This document shows positions 1 through 9,584 of a DNA stretch of 61,240 nucleotides, piece by piece. The DNA is taken from contig JBEKPE010000002.1 in assembly GCA_049521055.1 (NCBI GenBank), positions 1-61,240 on the forward strand, in the 5' to 3' direction. Source of the DNA: Candidatus Bathyarchaeia archaeon. Its GTDB lineage: Archaea > Thermoproteota > Bathyarchaeia > 40CM-2-53-6. The notes under the pieces were generated by a model, which did no database searches, was not told where the DNA came from, and worked only from the letters and a program-made list of their open reading frames with translations. The position numbers and the translations under genes are program-made. The stretch's first letter is position 1. Every line of letters starts with the position of its first letter.

Positions 1-14
1 AAACCTTGCTCTGC

Positions 15-791
15 TCAGATCTCTCTCCATCTTGCCTTAGTGCTCGCAACAACAAACAACGATACAGTAACAACAAGCAAAATTGCCCAGTCTAATACGA
101 TTGACGTAGACGATAGAGGAAGAAATCCAGCAGCGTTCTGCGCAAGCTCCGCAGCATAAGTTGTCGGAGAAAGATATGCTATGTATCTGTAAGGAAGTGG
201 AATGTAGGTAATCGGATAGTAGACGGGTGGGATCGTCGAGAAGAGCGTTGAAATTAGCCTCGAGAAGGCGAAGCTTTGAACGATATCGGTGGAGAATGTT
301 GAAAGAGTGAAACCGATTGCAATAGAAGTTAAGAACATTAGAATGAGCACGCCAGCAAACGCCAAAAGCCCGAAAACGCTCAAACTCATGAAGTAATACG
401 CGAGCACCCCGAGCACCACGAGGGCCGGGAGAGAATAAACAAGTTCCGAGATCGCCATCCCAAACATGTAAGCCTGCCAACTGGTTGGCGAGCTAACAAC
501 CATATCTTGAAGTTTGAAATCATTCTTCAAGTGGGAGAGGTCGCCCTGGAGCCCGATACCGGCAGAAAACATGCTCATTATGAATCCCCCCTGAATTGCC
601 TCGCCAAGCAACGTCCCGTGGCTTACGAAAACGATCACTAGTAGAAATGAGAGAGGAGAAAGAACCGTGTTGATGAGAACAACCGGAAAGTTCTGCATTT
701 CATAAATAGAATTAACCAGAATACTAGCGAGAATCTGGCTGAAAATGCTCCTCCTCCGGAGTGACTGGTTGCTTCTTACGGAATCATTCAT
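15..791 (-). CDS. ABC-2 type transporter permease
   Basis: About six hydrophobic segments. Lies directly downstream of and overlaps the ABC ATPase. The start is taken at the ATG at 791 (MNDSVRS); the ORF track extends to 872. Confidence 0.85.
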   Translation of the reverse strand: MNDSVRSNQSLRRRSIFSQILASILVNSIYEMQNFPVVLINTVLSPLSFLLVIVFVSHGTLLGEAIQGGFIMSMFSAGIGLQGDLSHLKNDFKLQDMVVSSPTSWQAYMFGMAISELVYSLPALVVLGVLAYYFMSLSVFGLLAFAGVLILMFLTSIAIGFTLSTFSTDIVQSFAFSRLISTLFSTIPPVYYPITYIPLPYRYIAYLSPTTYAAELAQNAAGFLPLSSTSIVLDWAILLVVTVSLFVVASTKARWREI

Positions 792-1704
792 CTGCTTTCC
801 GCCTTGCAAGATAGAAGAATATGTCATCGAGGGAAATTGGGTTAACAGCAAACTTGAGGCCTTGCTTGACAAGTTCTCTTGAAATCCTGTAGGCCTCGCC
901 TTCTGTTGTTAGGATCATGACGTTGCCGTCCTGTCCGGTAATCGTCTCACCTGTCTCAGGCGCAGGGATGCCTTTCAAAGGCCCTGATAGGATCTTTAGG
1001 CTGTAGTTGTAGCGAACACTATCCCGTAGCTCTTTCATTGTTCCCATACGAATTAGCCTGCCTTGATCCAAGATCCCGATTCTGTCACCGAGCTCTTCAG
1101 CCTCCTCAAGGTAGTGAGTGGTGAGGAAGGTGAAACGTTCCCTTCCGATCTCTCTGAGAGTCGCCCAGAACTCTCTCCTCGAAATTGGGTCGAGGCCTGT
1201 TGTCGGCTCGTCCAAGAAAATTACATCCGCCTCCGATGATAGAACCGTGGCAACCATTACTTTCCTCCTCATGCCGCCGGATAGCTTTCGATTCAGGTCA
1301 TTGCAAGACTTGGATAGATCAAGCCTCTCAAGCGCTAGCAGAGCTCTTCGTTTTGCCTCGGTGTAGCCGAACCCTCTCCAGAGAAGATACGCCCGAACTG
1401 TTTGTAGAGGCGTCATCCAAGGTATTGGCCTGGCTTCTTGGGGTACGATCGCGATTTTTTCTCTGAGTTTCCGTGCTTCTCTTATGACGTCAATTCCGTT
1501 TATCGTAGCGTTTCCAGAGGTTGGTTCAAGTTCAGTCGCCAATATTCGCACGAGAGTCGTTTTCCCCGACCCGTTCCTGCCGATGAGCACGAATATCCCG
1601 CGGGAGCTCAAAGAGAGACTCAAGGCGTCGAGTGCTTTGGTGGCACTCTTTCCGTAGATCTTGGTTAAGTGATCGCAGACAACGGTCTGAAGTCTTTCTT
1701 CCAT
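784..1704 (-). CDS. ABC transporter ATP-binding protein (drug/exporter type)
   Basis: Walker A GRNGSGKTT, signature LSGGM, Walker B VIFLDEPTTGLD, H-loop TTH. Start is ATG 1704 or GTG 1722. Confidence 0.95.
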   Translation of the reverse strand: MEERLQTVVCDHLTKIYGKSATKALDALSLSLSSRGIFVLIGRNGSGKTTLVRILATELEPTSGNATINGIDVIREARKLREKIAIVPQEARPIPWMTPLQTVRAYLLWRGFGYTEAKRRALLALERLDLSKSCNDLNRKLSGGMRRKVMVATVLSSEADVIFLDEPTTGLDPISRREFWATLREIGRERFTFLTTHYLEEAEELGDRIGILDQGRLIRMGTMKELRDSVRYNYSLKILSGPLKGIPAPETGETITGQDGNVMILTTEGEAYRISRELVKQGLKFAVNPISLDDIFFYLARRKADE

Positions 1705-1829
1705 TCTCCCACAGAATGCCACCCGTGAAATCGTCGATAAATAGTATGTTGACCCGCGTCCGTCCGCATAAACGGAAATCTATCCGCAAGGTTATCTACT
1801 CTCCCCAGGCTGGCTATGTTTGAACGCCA

Positions 1830-3209
1830 ATGGATCCAATCTTGTTGAAAGGACTTGAGTCGATCGTTGGGGAAGATCAGACAGTTACTAAGAGGGAAAG
1901 TATGCTCAACTATCTCTCAGATGAAAGTCCTGCAGTTATGGAACCTAAGCCTGCAAGCGACGTTGTCCTAGTGAGACCCAAGAACGCAAACGAGGTAGCA
2001 GCCATCGTTAAACTCGCTAACCAGCACAGGATTCCAGTGTTCCCTCGCGGAGGCGGTACGGGTCTTGTAGGAGGGGCGGTTCCGACAAGAAACGGCATAG
2101 TGTTATCACTTGAACGATTAAACCTGATCGAGATCGACAAAGAGAACTTGATGGCCGATGTTGGGGCGGGCGTCACGCTCGGAAAGTTAATCGAAATGTC
2201 GGGAAGAGAGGGGCTTTCCTTCCCACCACATCCAGGAGACGAAAACGCACAAGTCGGTGGGCTTGTGGCTACAAACGCGGGTGGATCCAGAGCGGTTAGG
2301 CACGGCGTCATGCGTAATCACGTTAGAGCTCTAGAGGTCATCCTTCCAAGCGGCGAACTGCTCCATCTCGGGGGGAAGGTGCACAAGGATAACGTTGGGT
2401 ACGACCTTATGCAGCTCATTATTGGAAGTGAGGGTACTCTCGGAATCGTAACAAATGCGACGATTCAGCTCTACGGCAAAGAAGGCGCCTCAATCACCTT
2501 GGTCGTTCCTTTTGCCGATCGCCACGCGGCCATAGGCGCTGTTCCAAGCATTCTCAAACAAGGTGTGGCTCCTTTGGCTATCGAGTACGTTGAAAGAGAT
2601 CTAATGGAACGAACAGCGAAGCATATCGGAAAGATTTGGCCAGTCACGACCGGCAAGTACTACCTACTGATTATCGTCGGCGAGGATACTAGGGATGAAG
2701 TGCTCTCGAAGAGTTTGAGGATATCCGAGATTTGCAAGAGGAATACCACTTTCGAAATCTTCGCTGCCGAATCAGCGGCGGATCAAGAAAACATTCTATC
2801 AATCAGGAGCAATCTCTACACCGTACTCAAACCCGACGTTCTAGATATCTTGGATATCGTAGTACCGATTTCTAAGATTGAGCAGATCGTAGAAACCGTC
2901 GAGGAAATCTCGAAGGAAACCGGCGTTTCCTTACCCCTCTACGGCCACGCGGGCGATGGCAATCTGCACGTTCACATAATGCGAAAGCAGGGAGAACCAT
3001 CCCAGAACGTGGATGAATTGACGGACAAGATCTACAAAGCCACTATGGCTCTTGGCGGAGTCATAACTGGCGAACACGGGATAGGCAAAACCAGAACGGA
3101 GAAGATCGAACATTATCTGGACAAAGGGGAGATCGAATTGATGAAGAACATAAAACGACTCTTCGACCCAAACAACATAATGAACCCAGGAACAAAGATC
3201 ACTATCTAA
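1830..3209 (+). CDS. FAD-linked oxidase, GlcD/D-lactate dehydrogenase family
   Basis: PRGGGTGLVGGAVP FAD-binding motif, GGLVATNAGG, GSEGTLG, GHAGDGNLH, GEHGIG, and C-terminal FDPNNIMNPG. Confidence 0.92.
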   Translation: MDPILLKGLESIVGEDQTVTKRESMLNYLSDESPAVMEPKPASDVVLVRPKNANEVAAIVKLANQHRIPVFPRGGGTGLVGGAVPTRNGIVLSLERLNLIEIDKENLMADVGAGVTLGKLIEMSGREGLSFPPHPGDENAQVGGLVATNAGGSRAVRHGVMRNHVRALEVILPSGELLHLGGKVHKDNVGYDLMQLIIGSEGTLGIVTNATIQLYGKEGASITLVVPFADRHAAIGAVPSILKQGVAPLAIEYVERDLMERTAKHIGKIWPVTTGKYYLLIIVGEDTRDEVLSKSLRISEICKRNTTFEIFAAESAADQENILSIRSNLYTVLKPDVLDILDIVVPISKIEQIVETVEEISKETGVSLPLYGHAGDGNLHVHIMRKQGEPSQNVDELTDKIYKATMALGGVITGEHGIGKTRTEKIEHYLDKGEIELMKNIKRLFDPNNIMNPGTKITI

Positions 3210-3347
3210 GCAGCCAGTCGATTAGGTTTGGCTTGTGGTCAGGCTGCTGAACTAAACCGGTCATCGTTAGCCTGAAATGCCTAGATTCAATTGCTCTTAG
3301 TTTGAGCCAGATGATTGAGGCTGGCCTAGGGTTAGGCTAGATTCCTG

Positions 3348-3563
3348 TCAGAGCCCTGATAGAACTGATCCGCATCTTCCGCAGAATCGTGCAACTGGTG
3401 AGTTTCTGAAATTGCATACCGGGCAAACTCCTGTCGGTCCGGCGCTGGGCTGAGCGAGCGGAGTTCCGCAACGGGGACAGAATCTGATCCCAACAGGGTT
3501 GGTGGTTCCACATACGACGCAATATCCAAAACGATACGACTGCAGCTTCGAAACCTCAGCCAC
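3348..3563 (-). CDS. Double zinc-ribbon protein
   Basis: Four CxxC pairs in the pattern CxxCG..N...RFCxxCG, twice, in 71 aa. Confidence 0.8.
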   Translation of the reverse strand: MAEVSKLQSYRFGYCVVCGTTNPVGIRFCPRCGTPLAQPSAGPTGVCPVCNFRNSPVARFCGRCGSVLSGL

Positions 3564-3666
3564 ATCGAGTATCTCTATTGATTAAAAACGTTTGCCAGAT
3601 TTTCTCATCCCAAGGCTTTTCAGTCTCATGGAAAATCATCGTGCGGCGAATTAGACGACGACAAGC

Positions 3667-4338
3667 TTGAGTCGGCCGAAGGCCATCCTCTCTTGGTCCT
3701 CTGGCAAGGATAGTGCCATGGCTCTCCACCGCACATTAGCCGCCAAAGAGCTTGAAGTCGTCTGCTTACTCACCGCGATTAGTGACGCATTCCATCGCGT
3801 GTCAATGCATGGAGTTAGGGAAGAACTTCTCGAGTTGCAGGCAGAGTCAGTGGGTATTCAATTGCAGAAAGTGATGATTCCATACCCCTGTCCTAACGCC
3901 GTGTATGAGGAGAAGATGCGTGAAGTGCTCTCGCTTTGGAAGGGTAAAGGAATTACACACGTTATATTCGGTGATCTGTTTCTAGAGGATATCCGCAAGT
4001 ACCGCGAGGAAAAAATTGCTCAGATCGATCTGACACCGGTTTTCCCAGTTTGGGGAAAAGATACAGCGACCTTGGCTAGAGAAATGTTGGGGGTCGGCTT
4101 TCGAGCCATTATTTGCTGCGTTGACCCAAGAAAACTTGATGCCCAATTTGCCGGACGCGAATTCAACTCCTCCCTCCTGAGAGACTTGCCTGAAAACGTC
4201 GACCCGTGCGGTGAGAACGGCGAATTTCACACCTTCGTATATGATGGTCCAATCCTCAAGAAATCCATCCCAGTTCAGGTAGGTGAACGAGTCATGCGAG
4301 ACGGCTTCCAGTTCGCGGACTTAACCGCGAGAACCTAG
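3667..4338 (+). CDS. PP-loop ATP-binding protein, diphthine-ammonia ligase (Dph6/MJ0570)-like family
   Basis: SWSSGKDS PP-loop, FGDLFLEDIR, DPCGENGEFHTFVYDGP. Confidence 0.88.
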   Translation: MSRPKAILSWSSGKDSAMALHRTLAAKELEVVCLLTAISDAFHRVSMHGVREELLELQAESVGIQLQKVMIPYPCPNAVYEEKMREVLSLWKGKGITHVIFGDLFLEDIRKYREEKIAQIDLTPVFPVWGKDTATLAREMLGVGFRAIICCVDPRKLDAQFAGREFNSSLLRDLPENVDPCGENGEFHTFVYDGPILKKSIPVQVGERVMRDGFQFADLTART

Positions 4339-4706
4339 CTTTGCTTTACTCTTGTCCGTGTGCTGTAAAGATAGATCGGGATGAGCACGAGGAGTACGAC
4401 TTGCAGAACCTAACCAACGATGAACGTACTGGAAGCCAAGGAAAGCCCCGCTGCTACATATGAGTAATGTTCTGGCTGCGGCAGTGAAACCGCGAGCGTG
4501 AGGATCGAGAGCACGAAAGCTAACGGATACGCTATCCGGCGTCCAACAGCAGCCAACATCGCTACCGCAACGTATGCGAGCCACCCAACGAGAACCGAGA
4601 AGAAAAGCCAAGTCGGAACCAACGCGAAGAGTTGTGGAAGCAGAACGATACCTACTGCAACGGAGAGGTAGATGAATAAATCAATCGTTCGTTTGAGACC
4701 GACCAA
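4335..4706 (-). pseudogene. Small four-TM membrane protein interrupted by an in-frame TAG at 4410-4412 (pseudogene, sequencing error or read-through)
   Basis: After the TAG the same frame continues VLQVVLLVLIPIYLYSTRTRVKQS* to a TAG at 4335-4337. That stop overlaps the stop of the convergent gene in a CTAG palindrome. Probable TTG start at 4706. Confidence 0.6.
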
Positions 4707-4759
4707 GAACGGACCCTCACACATCCTTCAAATCAGAATAACAATCGCCCAATATGAAG

Positions 4760-4790
4760 TTAGAATAGAAAAAGAAGGGAGAAAAACTAG
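4760..4790 (-). terminator. Oligo(U)-rich archaeal terminator
   Basis: The minus strand reads TAGTTTTTCTCCCTTCTTTTTCTATTCT immediately after the stop of the 41-aa ORF. Confidence 0.6.
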
Positions 4791-4795
4791 GCTAA

Positions 4796-4921
4796 TCAGT
4801 GCTTTAGTTCCTCGATTCTCTCCGTAACGCCCTTGAGTTCACTCTCTAGGTTGCTCTTGTATTCCTCAAGCCATTCAACTTTCTCTTCCTTCGTTAGAAA
4901 CCTACGACCTTCATGACACAT
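4796..4921 (-). CDS. 41-aa coiled-coil small protein, DUF5320-like (absent from the ORF track)
   Basis: Translated by hand as MCHEGRRFLTKEEKVEWLEEYKSNLESELKGVTERIEELKH*. It has a GGAGGTG Shine-Dalgarno 10 nt upstream and a U-rich terminator downstream. Confidence 0.75.
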   Translation of the reverse strand: MCHEGRRFLTKEEKVEWLEEYKSNLESELKGVTERIEELKH

Positions 4922-5051
4922 CTCGTTTCAACACCTCCCTTGCAATAATCATTTGACAGACACTGTAGTACCGAAGCTGAATTTAGCGACTGGGCGCGCC
5001 CGAACTTCGTCAAGGCCCGCATTAGTCAAGGGTTTGCAGGAAGGTTGAGTA

Positions 5052-5552
5052 CTAGTGAATCATTCCGAATTCCTTGAGCACGTACCCATGTCCGCGGGTG
5101 AAATCGTCAGGAGTCATCTCGTTGGCTTTGAGGAATTTTAGTTCAGAAAACCACTCAGGCCGTTTCACCTCTCCCTTCACCTTTCCCTCATAAACGAAGC
5201 ATATGTCCCAGTGTGCAGATTCGGGGTCATTCGGATCTTGCGATAGGTGGGATTGAACTTGACTGAACGTCAACTTCACGTCGTTGACCCCTACCAGTTC
5301 GGTAAGTATTCGATTTGCGGCGTCGTCTGGTTTCTCGCCATACTTCAGATGTGATGCAGGAAGAAGCCATTTCCCAGAAGAAGCATATTGAGGAGCAAAG
5401 TTTTCACCAACGAAGAACCTCTCAACCCATATTTCCGGTTTCGTCATTTTTCCCACAAGAATGCCGCCCTTCCCGGTGAGTACTAAGAAGGCGGAGATGC
5501 ATGTCCCGCCTTTCGGCACGTGACCCTCCATAAAGACAGCTTTCTTAATCAT
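5052..5552 (-). CDS. NUDIX-fold protein with a degenerate Nudix box
   Basis: KWLLPASHLKYGEKPDDAANRILTELVGV matches the Nudix box spacing, and SELKF follows. Start taken at ATG 5552 (MIKKAVF). Confidence 0.75.
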   Translation of the reverse strand: MIKKAVFMEGHVPKGGTCISAFLVLTGKGGILVGKMTKPEIWVERFFVGENFAPQYASSGKWLLPASHLKYGEKPDDAANRILTELVGVNDVKLTFSQVQSHLSQDPNDPESAHWDICFVYEGKVKGEVKRPEWFSELKFLKANEMTPDDFTRGHGYVLKEFGMIH

Positions 5553-5623
5553 CAGCGACCAAGCTCTAGCCCTGACAGTTCGGGCCGATATAAGAAACAG
5601 ACGCAGGGAAGACTCGACCACCA

Positions 5624-7321
5624 TTGACATCGGTGAATTCGAAAACATTGGAAGCTAAGCCCCACACTCCGGTCTACAGAATGCACAAATATTTTGCCCG
5701 ACGGCCCTGGAATATTTTCTCAGATCTTCTATCCCATTACTCGTCGGAAGGGGACATCGTGCTCGACCCTTTTTGCGGAGGAGGAGTTACCGTAGTGGAA
5801 GCCCTGAAGCTGCGCAGGAAGGCTATCGGTGTCGACGTTAACCCCATTGCTGCTTACGTAACGACAATGGAGTGTGCCCCAGCCGATCTTTTCGAATTCC
5901 GCTCCTTATTCACTCAACTAACCGATCGAGTTGGAGACGAACTTACCTCACTTTACCGAACACGCTGCGACAAATGCCGATCAGACACAGTCGCGGATTG
6001 GCTGGAGTGGGATGAGAAAACCAAGCGCATAATACGCCTCAAATGCGACTGCCCGACCTGCGGTCCATCTGAAAAAGCGCCCACCATAAACGACTATCGT
6101 CTAGTGACGCGGATTGAACGACACTTCAACAGCACCGTGAAAGAACGCCATTTGTCGTTTCCTTTAACTCGCATTCCTAGGGGGGTTAAGACAGATTACC
6201 TTCTGGCACAGAATCTCGTCAGCTTCGATCAGCTCTTTACAAAAAGAAACCTTCTGGCTCTCTCGATCCTGCGCAAAGAAATTTCCAAGTTCGCGAGATC
6301 TCCCGCGAGGGATCTACTCTCATTTACGTTCAGTGGTTCCCTGAAATGGGCCAGCCGCCAGTCACATCTCAGAGGGGCGATCGTTGAGGGGTGGGCGATG
6401 CATGCATACTGGATCTATCCGAAGAGTCTCGAACTCAATGTGTGGAACATTTTCAAACGTCGATTTACCGCAGTTCAGAAAGGGAAGAGCTACAGCAATG
6501 ATCATATTGGAAACTTCGCGAAGTTCGCGCACGATTTCAACGAACTCGTGGACGGAGACGCAACGTGTCTCGTCTTAACTCGAAACAGTGCTGATCTCCC
6601 GATCCCCGACAACTCAGTAGATGCGGTGATTACGGACCCGCCCTACGGAGGAAACGTCAACTATGCCGAACTTTCAGACTTCTGGTACGTTTGGATGAAT
6701 GATGGCAGGTTAATCGAAAAGAAAGATGAAGCCATAATCAATAGATGGCAAGGAAAATCTCTCGAAGACTACGAAAGACTTCTGAAAGGGGTCTTCGACG
6801 AATGCTACAGAGTGTTAAAGTGTAACGGAGATTTTGTCTCAACTTTCAACAGCAAGGACTTCCGCGTCGTAAGCAGTTTCATTACAGCTACTGCTAAAGC
6901 CGGATTCACTCTTGATCCCAAAGACGTACTGTATCAACGACCAATTAGACCATACATGACCACCTTTCACGCAATGCAGATCGGAGCTTTCGTCGGTGAT
7001 TTCATTTTCAGGTTCAAAAGAAGGGCCACGGAACATAACGCCCCGATTGATGATACTAAAGAACTAGAGAGTTTGAAAGACGCGATTTCCAAGATAGTTG
7101 AGCAGAGCGCTAAGAGCGGCCGACCTGAACCGACGATCAGGGAAAAGGCATACGCTCTCTTGATTCCATTTCTTGCAAAACATGCCTTAATTCAAGAAGC
7201 GAGTTGCAGAGACGCAGCCAACTTCTTCGAAAATAAAGTCAAAGCCTACGAAAGCTACTTCAAACATACACGCAAAAAACTAACCGAAACGAGAAAACGA
7301 GTATTCAGGAATCGAGGGTGA
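5624..7321 (+). CDS. Adenine-specific (N6) DNA methyltransferase with Zn-ribbon insertion
   Basis: MHKYFARRP, motif I VLDPFCGGG, motif IV ITDPPY, NYAELSDFW, and CxxC pairs CDKC and CPTC between the motifs. Confidence 0.88.
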   Translation: MTSVNSKTLEAKPHTPVYRMHKYFARRPWNIFSDLLSHYSSEGDIVLDPFCGGGVTVVEALKLRRKAIGVDVNPIAAYVTTMECAPADLFEFRSLFTQLTDRVGDELTSLYRTRCDKCRSDTVADWLEWDEKTKRIIRLKCDCPTCGPSEKAPTINDYRLVTRIERHFNSTVKERHLSFPLTRIPRGVKTDYLLAQNLVSFDQLFTKRNLLALSILRKEISKFARSPARDLLSFTFSGSLKWASRQSHLRGAIVEGWAMHAYWIYPKSLELNVWNIFKRRFTAVQKGKSYSNDHIGNFAKFAHDFNELVDGDATCLVLTRNSADLPIPDNSVDAVITDPPYGGNVNYAELSDFWYVWMNDGRLIEKKDEAIINRWQGKSLEDYERLLKGVFDECYRVLKCNGDFVSTFNSKDFRVVSSFITATAKAGFTLDPKDVLYQRPIRPYMTTFHAMQIGAFVGDFIFRFKRRATEHNAPIDDTKELESLKDAISKIVEQSAKSGRPEPTIREKAYALLIPFLAKHALIQEASCRDAANFFENKVKAYESYFKHTRKKLTETRKRVFRNRG

Positions 7322-7331
7322 CGTAAGTTTG

Positions 7332-7793
7332 CTAAGCCGTTGGGGTGACCATCGATTCACCCCTTTCCTGTCGTTCGGCATCGTCACGTCCGTAATCCCA
7401 AGATAGAACCCGATCGGGCTGAAGCTTGAAAACAACCCTTCCGTCTTGTTTCACCGCCTCCCTTAACCAACTTCTTCCTTCCTGCTCACCGTACCGGAAT
7501 GAGATTCTCTCCAACCATTTGTCCCGATCCTTCTGAACGAGCTGAGCCTTTCCGAACGCGCACACCGCACGGTACGGGCGGTTGTCAGTCGCGATACTCA
7601 GAGAGACGTTAGGATTCTGTAGAATGTGGTCACTCTTGATTCGTCCAAGCCTTGTAGTGAAGTAGAAGCATCCTTGATCGTAAACAAACCAAATTGGGCT
7701 CACCCGAGGTCTCCCCTTCGAAGATGATGTCGCGAGATGGGCCATTCTAGGTTCGCTTAGAAGTGAAGTCAACTCGGTCTTCGTTAATGGCAT
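7332..7793 (-). CDS. Pyridoxamine 5'-phosphate oxidase-like (PPOX/F420-dependent) protein
   Basis: AHLATSSSKGRPRVSPIWF, KSDHILQNPNVSLSI, RVLSWDY. Confidence 0.85.
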   Translation of the reverse strand: MPLTKTELTSLLSEPRMAHLATSSSKGRPRVSPIWFVYDQGCFYFTTRLGRIKSDHILQNPNVSLSIATDNRPYRAVCAFGKAQLVQKDRDKWLERISFRYGEQEGRSWLREAVKQDGRVVFKLQPDRVLSWDYGRDDAERQERGESMVTPTA

Positions 7794-7817
7794 AGCAATC
7801 TCCGTGATTTCGTTAGA

Positions 7818-8336
7818 TTATAATTGTTCTCGAAGCAGAGGTTTGCCAAAACGGTCGAGGAAGGCTACTTCGCTGAGTGGGCTTCGTTTCTTCTTTCCAG
7901 ATATCTTCCTTGCTGGATAGCCGAAGCCAACGATAACGCTCGGACTCAAGTCCTTCGGGATACCGAAGTCCTTCTCGAGCGCCTCTCGATTGACGCCAGT
8001 GAAGATTCTGGAGGCTACGCCGAAATTCCAGGCCGCTATCTGCATACTCGTCAGAGCTCGGCCTGCGTCGAGCAAATGGAACCCATATTTCGGGTTAGTC
8101 ACAACGATCACTGCGAAATTAGCGCCTTCAACCCACTTCCCGGTCGTGCTATCATTCGCCAGTGTCTTGAGACGATCGCTCCCCTGAACCAGTATGAACC
8201 TCCAGTGTTGCACGTTCATCCCGCTTCCTGAGAGTCGTGCCGCTTCCAAAATCTTGAGTTTAACATCGGATGGGACACTTTGCGAAGTGAAGTCAGCCGC
8301 ATCGAGTTTTGTTACGACTGCATCATACGCATCCAA
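7818..8336 (-). CDS. Nitroreductase family protein
   Basis: ILEAARLSGSGMNVQHWRFILV, DAGRALTSMQIAAWNFGV, VGFGYP. Confidence 0.88.
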   Translation of the reverse strand: MDAYDAVVTKLDAADFTSQSVPSDVKLKILEAARLSGSGMNVQHWRFILVQGSDRLKTLANDSTTGKWVEGANFAVIVVTNPKYGFHLLDAGRALTSMQIAAWNFGVASRIFTGVNREALEKDFGIPKDLSPSVIVGFGYPARKISGKKKRSPLSEVAFLDRFGKPLLREQL

Positions 8337-8414
8337 TCAAGAAACCCACATTAGATTACCTTCTCAAGTACAATAAGCTCGTGGAATTCGGAGTTAGTGA
8401 ACGGTGTGATTGGG

Positions 8415-9368
8415 CTAGCCTTGCGTAAGCATGTAGTTCTTAACCCCTTTCTGGTCGACGTTGATAATTGCCCCTCGAAGAATTCCTTCTCCATATTCGC
8501 TTCCGGGGTTGATGCATAGGGTCCGTCCGATTTTCACGAAGCCACGGGATTCATGAATATGGCCGTGGATGCCTAACATTGGCTTATGCTGTTCTATCAG
8601 TTGTCTCACGGTCTTGCTCCCAACGTGAATCATGCTCATCGCGCCGCCCTTTATCACAGGCTTCAGGTTTGCGTCAAGTTCCGGCGCAAGGTCGATTGGA
8701 GTCTCGTATGGAGGATTGTGCAGGTTGAAAATTGAATTTTCCATATTTTGAACCTTGTCTAACATTGGTTGGAATTTCTTGATCAACTCCTCATCCGAGA
8801 CTTCCCTCGGACTCTTCCAAGGGGTAGTACTTGCCCATCCACTCGTAATCATTTCATGGTGGTCATCGATTGAGACAACTTCGTCCTCCGGGTAGAGAAT
8901 CCCAGTTGAGGCTCGGAGCACTTCATCGATGTCGAAGCGGTCATCGTTACCAGGGCTAATGTAACATTTGACGTTCGTTCCCTTGAGGCGTTGATCGGCA
9001 ATATCGACCCATCTCTTAACCCCCGCTGCCATGACCTTTGAAAAGAGTTCATCGACTAAGCACTTGTCGGCTTGAAGCTTTTCAAATTCGCCAGTATCCG
9101 TCGAATAGGGATAGTACCCGCTGTTCCTAATCCTCTTTTCTAATGCCTGCCGCTCGTCAGCCGTCTTTACTACTTCACGAATCCCAAGAAAATCGGCAAC
9201 CGCACTCCCATCCCCTTGATCGACTAACGGAACAATCATCTTACCAGTAATATCCCCCCCCAATATGAGGACATCCGCCTGGTAGAATTTGGCCGCATTC
9301 AGAAATTTCATGAAGCAGACGTCCGATCCGTGCACGTCCGAAGTGAAGAAGATCCTAGTATTGGCCAT
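8415..9368 (-). CDS. Metallophosphoesterase (Icc-related)
   Basis: SDVHG, GGDITGK, PGNDD, HNPP, HGHIHE, NPGS. Confidence 0.88.
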   Translation of the reverse strand: MANTRIFFTSDVHGSDVCFMKFLNAAKFYQADVLILGGDITGKMIVPLVDQGDGSAVADFLGIREVVKTADERQALEKRIRNSGYYPYSTDTGEFEKLQADKCLVDELFSKVMAAGVKRWVDIADQRLKGTNVKCYISPGNDDRFDIDEVLRASTGILYPEDEVVSIDDHHEMITSGWASTTPWKSPREVSDEELIKKFQPMLDKVQNMENSIFNLHNPPYETPIDLAPELDANLKPVIKGGAMSMIHVGSKTVRQLIEQHKPMLGIHGHIHESRGFVKIGRTLCINPGSEYGEGILRGAIINVDQKGVKNYMLTQG

Positions 9369-9584
9369 GCGCCTTTCATTTTGGATTCGATATTAAGCTC
9401 TTACGTCCCAGGGGCGCGATTAGCAGTTAACAAGAATGCGGTCTCAGTTCGTTGCCTAAGTCGAAGAAAGACTGCCAGAATAAATTGCGGCAGCTTGACG
9501 CCTGGATCAACCGACATCTGGGTACATATCAACTAGCTTTTCAGTGGGGCACTCCAACTTCTGCAGCTCGGAGTTCGGAGTCTG

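Noticed and set aside
4990-5035. GGGCGCGCCC palindrome and GTCAAGG direct repeat (5009-5015, 5025-5031)
   Set aside because: They are short, GC-rich, compatible with chance, and match no known element.
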